IMG/VR virus record: IMGVR_UViG_3300048579_000376
Location: 1 to 45,832 of that record
Reading direction: 5' to 3' (one strand)
DNA length: 45,832 bases
Origin: a virus
Taxonomy: Duplodnaviria; Caudoviricetes
A program made the position numbers and the translations under genes. The first letter of the stretch is position 1; each line of letters begins with the position of its first letter. Below the pieces are notes generated by a model. That model saw nothing but the letters and a program-made list of their open reading frames with translations, had not been told where the DNA came from and did not search any database. Below, piece after piece: positions 1 to 7,594 of this stretch.

Positions 1-409
1 TTACACCCGTGGGGGAAAGGGGATGTGGAAGCGGAATTGAGTGCCCTGGCCGCGCCGGCTGTCGACCTGCACGTCGCCTCCCAATTCCTCGACGCTGATT
101 TTGACGGCGGTCATTCCGATGCCGCGGCCCGACCATTCGCTCGCCTCGGTGCGGGTGGTGATGCCTTCGGCGAACACCAGGTCGGCGAGGCCCCAGGCGC
201 TGACGTCGGCGCAGGTCACCTCGGCGGCGCGGCGGCGCAGCAGGTCTTCGTCGATTCCCGCGCCATCGTCGGTGATATCGATGGACAAAGCCCCATCGCC
301 GCACCGGATGGCGCAGGCAATGGCGCCGACCTCGCTCTTGCCGGTGGACAGGCGCGAATCCGGGTCCTCGATGCCGTGATCGACGGCGTTGCGGAAGACG
401 TGCCCCAGC
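1..409 (-). pseudogene. 3' fragment (CheA-type HATPase_c domain) of the host multidomain kinase interrupted by the prophage
   Basis: Translation LGHVFRNAVDHGIE (N box), DDGAGID (G1), GITTR (F/G region) and SGRGIGM (G2). Joins in frame to the 39937-45832 fragment across the CCAGC duplication. Confidence 0.92.
405..409. repeat. Left copy of the 5-bp target-site duplication CCAGC
   Basis: CCAGC immediately precedes the terminal TG at 410. An identical copy follows the terminal CA at 39936. Confidence 0.93.
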
Positions 410-425
410 TGTGGGGAGGTGACCA

Positions 426-559
426 ATTCTGCACCGGCGTAGGTGTGGGGGGAGTGGGCTGAAAGCCAGTGTTTATGCGGGGGTTGGGCGGGAAGGATTT
501 TGCACCGGTGTCCGAGCGGAAACGGTCAAAAACGGTCAAAGTGCCGCGCAATTTTGCAC
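426..559 (+). repeat. Left-end putative transposase-binding sites (L1-L3-like)
   Basis: ATTCTGCAC at 426-434, ATTTTGCAC at 497-505 and 551-559. Inverted copies occur at the right end. Tandem AACGGTCAAA x2 at 521-540. Confidence 0.75.
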
Positions 560-636
560 CAGAACGGGTGGATACCGGGCGCCTTTGAGGTGGCCAAGGT
601 TGGCCGCAGATGATCGTGTCCTCATGGGAGGCTTGG

Positions 637-930
637 TCAGGGCGTTCTGGTTTTCACCCAATTGGGTGGAACCGACCCCTGCCGCTCCTTGATGCTGTCA
701 ACATATTTGCTGCCGAGTTGGTCATAGCATGCGACGCGGAACTCAGTATCCCCAAGATTGGGGAATTTGCTGTCGCACAGCTTAAACATAACCTGGACGG
801 CTTCCTTCATTTCTTCTTCAGGAGGAAATTTAACGGTGCGAGGCTGAAACATGATCATGACGGAAATACAAACAAAGATGAAAGCCAGCCCCATCACAAC
901 GCGAGATAATATCTTCACGATCAACCTCAC
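637..930 (-). CDS. Small membrane-anchored protein downstream of the repressor (candidate superinfection exclusion)
   Basis: 97 aa, N-terminal hydrophobic helix, Cys pair in the soluble part, AT-rich. Start overlaps the repressor stop (GTGA). Confidence 0.7.
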   Translation of the reverse strand: MRLIVKILSRVVMGLAFIFVCISVMIMFQPRTVKFPPEEEMKEAVQVMFKLCDSKFPNLGDTEFRVACYDQLGSKYVDSIKERQGSVPPNWVKTRTP

Positions 931-1625
931 AGCTTGCGTTTGACGTAGATTACCGTGGCAATCTTGATGACGTTATCGATGCGAATCCTGTCGATATAGG
1001 ATTCCTGGCCCCCATCTCCGTTTTGACGTGGAAGCCATCCCTGCAGTCGGACCCAGCCGTCTTTCGCGCCGCCGAACAGCTTAATGGTGGCGTGCCCATC
1101 GGCGCGTTCGACGTAAACGGCATCGCCGATGTCGGCTGGATCCGCCGGAGAGCAAAAGCACAGATATCCGGGCGAAATGCCGGCGGGAATCATGCTGTCG
1201 CCAACGGCTAGGACTGCGAAGGCGTTTGGATCGCGAAGATCTCCGGGCCGGGCGGCCCGAACAGCCATCGGGCCATCCTGGTACCACCCTGCCAAACCGC
1301 ACTCCGCCAAGCCCAGGACTGGCACAGAGTGGGTAGACACACCGGACATGGACACGACATTACCGCGCACCCTCTCCACCGGCGTGTCCGTCGCTTCCAG
1401 GCCACTTGGTCGCACCGGACCTTCGCCGGTCAACAGCCAATTGATATCAATCCCGAAGTCAGCACGGATGCGTGCCAAGACGTCACCGCCAGGGACGATT
1501 CTGTTCCGCTCATATTTCCCGATGGTGTCCTTCGCAACGCCCAATTGTTCGCCAAAAGCATCCTGGGATAAGGCGCCGCGCACCACCCTAATGCGGTCGC
1601 CTATGGTTTCAGTGGACGCAGTCAC
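927..1625 (-). CDS. Prophage repressor, XRE HTH plus S24 peptidase (CI/LexA-like)
   Basis: HTH (LSQDAFGEQLGVAKDTIGKYER), S24 serine motif GDSM, lysine in ATIK. Divergent from ner. Confidence 0.92.
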   Translation of the reverse strand: MTASTETIGDRIRVVRGALSQDAFGEQLGVAKDTIGKYERNRIVPGGDVLARIRADFGIDINWLLTGEGPVRPSGLEATDTPVERVRGNVVSMSGVSTHSVPVLGLAECGLAGWYQDGPMAVRAARPGDLRDPNAFAVLAVGDSMIPAGISPGYLCFCSPADPADIGDAVYVERADGHATIKLFGGAKDGWVRLQGWLPRQNGDGGQESYIDRIRIDNVIKIATVIYVKRKL

Positions 1626-1791
1626 GGCTGAAACTCCGGCGCAGGCCCGCTGAAATCACTTCAGCGTCCATCAACGCATTGAAATAAAATGGAATTCCGT
1701 CGATACGGATAAGTCGGCGCACTTTTGGCCGCTGAAACGGCCAGATGGCGCCCTTTTTATCTTGTTGTGACGCCCAAAAGGGCGTTATAAC
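1606..1791. promoter_or_regulatory. Immunity/operator region with repeated motifs, an IHF-like site and the early promoter
   Basis: CTGAAA-type repeats (1606 reverse, 1627, 1649, 1731). Inverted repeat CGCTGAA-N5-TTCAGCG at 1648-1666. ATCAACGCATTG at 1670-1681. Palindrome ACGCCC-AAAA-GGGCGT at 1770-1785 between TTGTTG (1762) and TATAAC (1786). Confidence 0.65.
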
Positions 1792-1798
1792 GATTTCC

Positions 1799-2122
1799 AT
1801 GTCTAGCGCACCTGCAACCGTAAACGTCCCAAAAAACCCCGCCGTGCGGCGGGTGTTCATCAAGGGCGAACTCGAACTCCGAAACCTCAGCCTGCGGAAA
1901 CTGGCGGCGCGCGAGGGGGTATCTCACCAGGCAATGAGCAGTGCGCTCATCGCCCCCTCGTCCCACCTGCAGGCCGTCCTCGCCCAGGCGCTTGGCCTGA
2001 CCGTCCACCAGCTCTTTCCGGAGTGGTACGACGAGGCCGGCGTCCGCCTGGGTCGAACTCGCAGCCCACAGCGTAGCACGGGGCGTCGAGCGGGCAATGT
2101 CGAAAGCGGGAGGGCCGCATGA
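1799..2122 (+). CDS. ner: Ner-like DNA-binding protein
   Basis: IKGELELRNLSLRKLA...LAQALGLTVHQLFPEWY matches the Ner/Nlp pattern. First early gene. The ATG lies just after the -10 box, so the mRNA may be leaderless. Confidence 0.85.
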   Translation: MSSAPATVNVPKNPAVRRVFIKGELELRNLSLRKLAAREGVSHQAMSSALIAPSSHLQAVLAQALGLTVHQLFPEWYDEAGVRLGRTRSPQRSTGRRAGNVESGRAA

Positions 2123-2535
2123 ACATGACCAAGCGTACCCAATCCAAACTCAACCATCCCAAGGGTTATCTGATCCAGCAGGCCCTGTTCTCGGGGTGCT
2201 GGGACGAGAGCGAGAATCTACTTTTGAGGCTCTATCTGGCCCAGAGGGCGGACAAGAGCTCCCGGGTCCTCACCAAGAGCTGTGAGGATTATCTGGTGTC
2301 CGCGACCGAGGCCGCCGCCCTGGTCCATGACTACAGCGTCCTGATGGGGTTGCCCGGTCACTATATCGGTGTGATCGACCGCCTCATCGGCATCGACGAC
2401 AAATACGCCCCTCACCGCGAGCAGGCGCTGGCCCTGGTGGCCGAGGCGGCCCCGCGCCACGCGGAGGCTGCTGTACCGCTGCCGGACGGCAAGATGATTG
2501 CCGTCCGGCCGGGCAATGTCGAAAGGGCCGTCTGA
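2119..2535 (+). CDS. Hypothetical early protein
   Basis: 138-aa ORF coupled to the ner stop (ATGA). Confidence 0.7.
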   Translation: MNMTKRTQSKLNHPKGYLIQQALFSGCWDESENLLLRLYLAQRADKSSRVLTKSCEDYLVSATEAAALVHDYSVLMGLPGHYIGVIDRLIGIDDKYAPHREQALALVAEAAPRHAEAAVPLPDGKMIAVRPGNVERAV

Positions 2536-2582
2536 CATGAGCGAGCGGACGCCCCCGTTGCAAGCTTACCGCAAGCGGGAAC

Positions 2583-2948
2583 TCACCGCGGATCTGCGTC
2601 GGGAACTTGGTCTCCCTCTGGTTCTTCGGGTGATTGACGGCGGTCGCGCCGGGCGGCCTGAAGAATGCGGGCGGCCTGGGCCATCCGAACCAAGCGAGTG
2701 TCACCGTCCTGAAGATACTGAAGGACGCCGGTGATGATGAACGCCCCCATGCCGTCGGAGAAGTCGCTGGATGCAGCCCGCAAGGCCGCGTCCATCTCCT
2801 CGTCCGATACGACCTGCTTTTGGGTCAGTAGATCGATCAGGACCAAGTTCAGGTCGATGAGGCCCTGCACCATCTCGGACAGGACTTCCGCATTACCGGC
2901 TGGTGACGCCAGTCTGGCGGCAAGCGTTTCCAAGGACATTTCCATCAT
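2583..2948 (-). CDS. Hypothetical protein, antisense to the early operon
   Basis: 121 aa, helical protein-like composition, AAGGGA Shine-Dalgarno upstream of the ATG. Confidence 0.65.
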   Translation of the reverse strand: MMEMSLETLAARLASPAGNAEVLSEMVQGLIDLNLVLIDLLTQKQVVSDEEMDAALRAASSDFSDGMGAFIITGVLQYLQDGDTRLVRMAQAARILQAARRDRRQSPEEPEGDQVPDADPR

Positions 2949-3165
2949 CGTTTCCCTTCATGGTTTGCTGGCCCGCGAAACCACAACCATAAGGGAAAGC
3001 CGGCCGGCCGTCATGGGGGATCCCCTGTCCCCGACGGCCGGCCATCTCCCCCGCGCCGTGGGCATCGGCGCGCCTCCCAAACTTTGGGCCGGACTCGGCA
3101 GCGCGCAAATCGCCGCGTCCGGCCTCCTTTTGGGCGGTCTCAACGACAATAATCGAGAGGCCAGC

Positions 3166-3663
3166 ATGACCAAGACCCGCAAAGGGCGGTCGGCCGATCC
3201 ACGGCAGGCCGACTTTTTGGCGCTGCTCGACGGCGCCGTCGCTCTCCCACCCCTCCCCGAGCCCCGGCGCGAGGCCGGTGCTCTGGCCTTTGACCAGCGC
3301 ATGCGCCGACTGCTCAATCAGGCCATCGCCGCCGGTCCCTATACGGACCGCGACGCCCTGGCCCAGATGGTGAGTTTTCACGCCGGCCGGCCGGTGACCA
3401 AGGCGATGATCGACAGTTGGACGGGGGCCAGCCGGCCGCACCGCTTTCCGGCCGACCTCATCCCGGCCTTTTGCGCGGCGCTGGGCAACACCATGCTGCT
3501 GCAGGACCTCGCCGAGTCGACGGGATGCGCCGTCACCGAGAGCGCCGAGCTGATCCGTTCCCGCTGCGAGCGCCTGACCCTGTTTATCCGGCTGGCCCGA
3601 GCGGAACAGCGCCGGTTGGTCGCCGATCTGCCCCGCTCCGGGTGTGGAGGCGGTCATGGCTGA
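3166..3663 (+). CDS. Phage regulatory protein (CII-like, pre-transposase gene)
   Basis: GAGAGG RBS. VTKAMIDSWTGASRPHRFPADLIPAFCAALG resembles proteins found just before MuA in Mu-like phages. Confidence 0.72.
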   Translation: MTKTRKGRSADPRQADFLALLDGAVALPPLPEPRREAGALAFDQRMRRLLNQAIAAGPYTDRDALAQMVSFHAGRPVTKAMIDSWTGASRPHRFPADLIPAFCAALGNTMLLQDLAESTGCAVTESAELIRSRCERLTLFIRLARAEQRRLVADLPRSGCGGGHG

Positions 3664-5785
3664 AGCCTGGTACACCGCCGCCGAATTGGCCGCTCTGCGC
3701 CTGCCCGCCCTGCCGGCTTCGCCTCAGGGCATCAACGCCAAGGCCAAGCGAGACAAATGGTCAAGCCGGCGACGGGACGGCAGTGCCCAGGCCTGGGAAT
3801 ACCCCATTTCCACCCTCCCTTCCGCCGCCCGTGACGCCCTGATCTCCCATCTGCTTTCGGCCGGGGACGGCCTCCCCTCCCTCGTCCCCGTGGCCGAGCC
3901 CCCGGCCGGCGTCTCCTCCCCGCCGGCCGGGGCATCCACCGCAATCGCCGTCATCGGCGACACCACCCACCTGACCAACGCCCAGCGCGCCGTCATGGAC
4001 GCCCGCATGGCGGTGCTGGCCCATGTGGACCATCTGGCCCGGCTGATGGGCGGCATTACCCGCGCCCGCCTGCGGGTGGTCAAGGAGGCCAAGGCCGGCA
4101 CCCTGCCCGATGGCATCGCCAAGCTTCTTCCGGTCGCCAACGCCAGGTCCGGCAAGGCGGGCGGGCGCACCGTCAGTCCGCGCACCCTGGTCAACTGGCA
4201 CAACGAGCGGGCCGCCGGCCAGGCGGTCGCCCTGGCTCCCAAGGTGCCGCAGCCCGACATGAGCATTCCCGCCTGGGGGCCGGCCCTGCTCGCCGTCAAG
4301 AATTTCCAGGGCCGCAGCCTGCGCGACATCATCGACATCGACCTCGCCGCCCCCGGCGCCCTGCCGCCGGGCGTCCCGGTGCCCAGCTACGGGCAGGCGC
4401 GGCGGTGGCTGGACAAGGTAAGCACCATCGAGCGCAACCGCAGCCGCATGGGGCCCAAAGAGCTCAAGTCGATCAAGCCCTACGTCAAGCGCGACCTCTC
4501 CGGGCTCGATCCCCTGGACGTGGTGCAGAGCGACGGCCACTGCCTGGATGCCGAGGCGCTGCACCCCCGCCATGGCCGCCCCTTCCGGCCCGAGATGACC
4601 TCGATCATCGATCTGGCGACGCGGATGTGCGTCGGCTGGTCGGCGGGGCTGGCCGAAAACGCCCTGGGGGTGACCGAGGCCATCGTCTACATGGTCACCC
4701 GCTGGGGCATCCCGGCGGTGTGGTACGTGGACAACGGCTCGGGCTACAACAACCAGCTGATGGACGACGAGCGTACCGGCCTGCTCGCCCGCATCCAGAC
4801 CACCAAGCTCAACCGCCTGCCCAACAATCCCCAGGCCGGCGGCTATGTCGAGCGGTCGCACCAGAGCATCTGGATCAAGGGTGCCAAGCGCCTGCCCACC
4901 TACATGGGCAAGGACATGGACCGGCAGGCCGGCCAACTGGTCCACAAGATCACCCGCGCCGAAATCAAGCGGGCCGGCACCACCCGACACATGATGTCCT
5001 GGCCGGAATTCTTGTCCTGGGCCGAGGCGCTGGTGCGGGAATACAACAACACCCCCCATCGCGGCCTGCCCCGCATCACCGATCCCGTCACCGGGCGCCG
5101 CCGCCACATGACGCCGGCCGAATCCTGGGCCGAGGCGGTGGCGCGCGGCTGGAGCCCGGCCGTGGTCTCGGCCGCCGAGGCCGCCGACCTGACCCGCCCC
5201 TACGAGGTCCGTATAGTGGCGCGCGGCATGGTCTCGGTCCTGGGCAACAGCTACTTCAGCCGTGTCCTGGCCGATTGGCATGGCCAGGAGGTGATGGTGG
5301 GCTACGACGTCCACGACGCCTCCAAGGTGTACGTCCGCGACATGTCGGGCCGCCTGATCTGCGAGGCCGGCTTCGAGGCCAACAAGCGTGCCGTCCTGCC
5401 CCGGTCGTACCTGGATGCCGCCGTCGAGCGGCGGCAAAAGGGTCGCCTGCAGCGCGCCATGGAGCACGTCAAGGAGATCCACGCCGAGGCGGGTATCCAG
5501 GTCGTCGACGGCACCACCCAGACCGTCTCCGACAACGTGGTGGCCCTCAGGCAGCACCTGGTGCTGGAGATGGCCGCCGCCCCGTCCGTCACCGCCACCC
5601 CCATCCCCGAAACCGCCGCCTCCCGCTTCGAGCGGTGGCGCGCCCTCGACGCCGCCGTGGCGGCCGGCGCCGAGGTCACCGAGGACGAGCGCCGATGGCA
5701 CGGCCGCTACCCCCTGTCGGCCGAGTGGCGCGCCATGTCCGAGATGGCCGCGAATTTTGACGAGATGTCCGGCGCCGCCGGATGA
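3656..5785 (+). CDS. MuA-like DDE transposase
   Basis: N-terminal Mu HTH (WYTAAELAAL.LP.LP), catalytic QSDGH / YVDNGSGY / VERSH, YNNTPH motif, and Mu-transposase C-terminal domain. Confidence 0.97.
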   Translation: MAEAWYTAAELAALRLPALPASPQGINAKAKRDKWSSRRRDGSAQAWEYPISTLPSAARDALISHLLSAGDGLPSLVPVAEPPAGVSSPPAGASTAIAVIGDTTHLTNAQRAVMDARMAVLAHVDHLARLMGGITRARLRVVKEAKAGTLPDGIAKLLPVANARSGKAGGRTVSPRTLVNWHNERAAGQAVALAPKVPQPDMSIPAWGPALLAVKNFQGRSLRDIIDIDLAAPGALPPGVPVPSYGQARRWLDKVSTIERNRSRMGPKELKSIKPYVKRDLSGLDPLDVVQSDGHCLDAEALHPRHGRPFRPEMTSIIDLATRMCVGWSAGLAENALGVTEAIVYMVTRWGIPAVWYVDNGSGYNNQLMDDERTGLLARIQTTKLNRLPNNPQAGGYVERSHQSIWIKGAKRLPTYMGKDMDRQAGQLVHKITRAEIKRAGTTRHMMSWPEFLSWAEALVREYNNTPHRGLPRITDPVTGRRRHMTPAESWAEAVARGWSPAVVSAAEAADLTRPYEVRIVARGMVSVLGNSYFSRVLADWHGQEVMVGYDVHDASKVYVRDMSGRLICEAGFEANKRAVLPRSYLDAAVERRQKGRLQRAMEHVKEIHAEAGIQVVDGTTQTVSDNVVALRQHLVLEMAAAPSVTATPIPETAASRFERWRALDAAVAAGAEVTEDERRWHGRYPLSAEWRAMSEMAANFDEMSGAAG

Positions 5786-5789
5786 CGAC

Positions 5790-5817
5790 GACGCCCGCCG
5801 GTGGCACGGCGGGCGTC
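5790..5817 (+). other. Intergenic stem-loop between MuA and MuB
   Basis: GACGCCCGCCG-GTGGCA-CGGCGGGCGTC, perfect 11-bp stem with no U tract. Confidence 0.55.
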
Positions 5818-5848
5818 TGGAAAACTGATACTGATGGAGACCTCTTAT

Positions 5849-6604
5849 ATGTCCGAGCCCCCCCGCACCGTCAATACCGTCGCTCCCCTCACCAACGTCG
5901 CCCTGTTGCAGGAGTTGGTGGGTCGTCTCAAGCATCGCAAGCCCAATCTTCCCGGCATCGGTTGCCTATATGGCTTCAGCGGCGACGGCAAGACGGTGGC
6001 CACCGTCTATGCCGTCAATAAGTTGGACCAGGAGGCCGCCTACCTGGAGGTGCGGTCCACCTGGACCCGCAAGAAATTCGTCGAGGCGCTGCTGCAGGAG
6101 CTGTCCCCCGGTATCCGTTACGGCGCCAGGCCCACCTACGACCTGATCGAGATCGCGGCGGAAAAGCTGATGGTGGGCCGCATCATCCTGTTCGTCGACG
6201 AGGCCGATTTCGTGGTGGACCGGGGCTATGCCGAGGTGATTCGTGACATCTACGAGATCGCCAAGACCCCGATCATCCTGATCGGGGAAGAACAGCTCCC
6301 GATCAAGCTGGAACGCTACGAGCGGCTCCACAACCGCATGGCGCAGCCCGTCGCCTCCCAGGCTTGCAGCCTCGCCGACGCCCGGCATCTGGCGGCCATC
6401 TATGCCGACAAGATCACCGTGGCCGACAATCTGCTGGATCACCTCGTCAAGCAGGTCAAGGGCTGCACCCGTCGTGTCGCCGCCAACCTCGACGACATCC
6501 AGGAGGAGGCCCTGCGCCAGGGCTGGGACTCGGTGGACCGCAAGGCCTGGGGCGACCGCGCCTTCAACACCGGCGACGTCGCCGCCCGCCGCCGGGTGGC
6601 CTGA
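5849..6604 (+). CDS. MuB-like AAA+ ATPase
   Basis: Walker A GFSGDGKT, Walker B LFVDEAD, IILIGEE. Follows MuA. GGAGA RBS before ATG 5849. Confidence 0.93.
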   Translation: MSEPPRTVNTVAPLTNVALLQELVGRLKHRKPNLPGIGCLYGFSGDGKTVATVYAVNKLDQEAAYLEVRSTWTRKKFVEALLQELSPGIRYGARPTYDLIEIAAEKLMVGRIILFVDEADFVVDRGYAEVIRDIYEIAKTPIILIGEEQLPIKLERYERLHNRMAQPVASQACSLADARHLAAIYADKITVADNLLDHLVKQVKGCTRRVAANLDDIQEEALRQGWDSVDRKAWGDRAFNTGDVAARRRVA

Positions 6605-6605
6605 G

Positions 6606-7238
6606 ATGGCTGCTGGACGCAAGGCGGCGGACCGGGTGGCCACCCGGCGCACCATTACCGGTCAGGATGCCGTCTGGATCGCCATCCGCGCCCAGGGCGT
6701 CGGCCCGGATCGCCGTTTCGACCTGGACGGCCTGCTGGCCCATATGGCCGCCGCCGACTGGCCGCGCCTGTGCGCCGACCGTAAAACGGTCCGGGATTAC
6801 CTGCGCCGTTTAACGGCCGGCGGCCTCCTGGCGGCCACCGACGACGGCGCCATGGTGCTGATCGCCGATCCCGGCCCCGCCACCCCCCGCTACCGCCCCG
6901 ACGGCACTCCGGTGCGCATGGGCGCCGGCCGTCGCGCCATCTGGCGCACCATCCGCATGATCGGCGATTTCAGCCTCAACGACCTGGTGCGGCTCGGCTG
7001 CACCGAAGAGGTGGTGATCGCCAGATCCGACGCCGAGCATTATGTCAAATGGCTGCTCAAGGCCGGCTATCTGATGGTGGTCGATCGCCCCGCCAACAAT
7101 GCCGTGCCCACCACGTGGCGGCTCCTGCCGTCCCGCAACACCGGCCCCCTGCCGCCCCAGATCCAGCGCAGCCACCAGGTCTGGGACCCCAATGTGGGCA
7201 AGGTCTCCTGGTCCCAGGAGGCGCCGGAATGCCTGTGA
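6606..7238 (+). CDS. Conserved Mu-like early protein (winged-helix-like)
   Basis: 210 aa with two TVRDYLRRL/YVKWLLKAGYL-type modules and RNTGPLPPQIQR..VWDPN, typical of the gene after MuB. Confidence 0.8.
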   Translation: MAAGRKAADRVATRRTITGQDAVWIAIRAQGVGPDRRFDLDGLLAHMAAADWPRLCADRKTVRDYLRRLTAGGLLAATDDGAMVLIADPGPATPRYRPDGTPVRMGAGRRAIWRTIRMIGDFSLNDLVRLGCTEEVVIARSDAEHYVKWLLKAGYLMVVDRPANNAVPTTWRLLPSRNTGPLPPQIQRSHQVWDPNVGKVSWSQEAPECL

Positions 7239-7594
7239 GCGCATCCGCCAGCCTCCAGCCCCGCGACGACGATCCCGACTGGCTGGCCGCCCTGCGCGCC
7301 GCCGCCCGCGACGCGTCCATCGCCCGCGCCGGCGCCGCCATCGGCATGAGCCGCACCGCCGTCTCCCTGGTGCTGTCCGGGACCTATCCCGGCGCCACCA
7401 TCCGGGTCGAGGCGCGGGTGCGGGCCAAGCTGATGGGGCAGGTCAACTGCCCCGGCCTGGATCGATCAATCACCATCGACCGCTGCCGCGACCAGGCCAC
7501 TAAGCCGTTTTCCGCCACGTCGGGCCGCGCAGCCGCCTTGTGGCGCGCCTGCCGCACCTGCCCCCATTCCCGCATCGGAGGGTCCCATGACTGA
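7229..7594 (+). CDS. HTH plus Cys-rich DNA-binding protein
   Basis: AGGAGG RBS. HTH (IGMSRTAVSLVLSGTYP), VNCP...C...WRACRTCP. Confidence 0.82.
   Translation: MPVSASASLQPRDDDPDWLAALRAAARDASIARAGAAIGMSRTAVSLVLSGTYPGATIRVEARVRAKLMGQVNCPGLDRSITIDRCRDQATKPFSATSGRAAALWRACRTCPHSRIGGSHD

Noticed and set aside
2537-2734. Plus-strand 65-aa ORF containing LRVIDGG
   Set aside because: It overlaps the better-supported minus-strand gene. It may be real, but I cannot support it.
2731-3165. N-terminal extension of the 310-aa ORF
   Set aside because: It shadows the antisense gene and hairpins. The RBS supports ATG 3166.
3761-5935. Long minus-strand ORFs opposite MuA and other core genes (also 23827-26013, 26001-27590, 33231-35405) and plus-strand ORFs at 39890-45031
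   Set aside because: Typical high-GC shadow frames with no recognisable domains.
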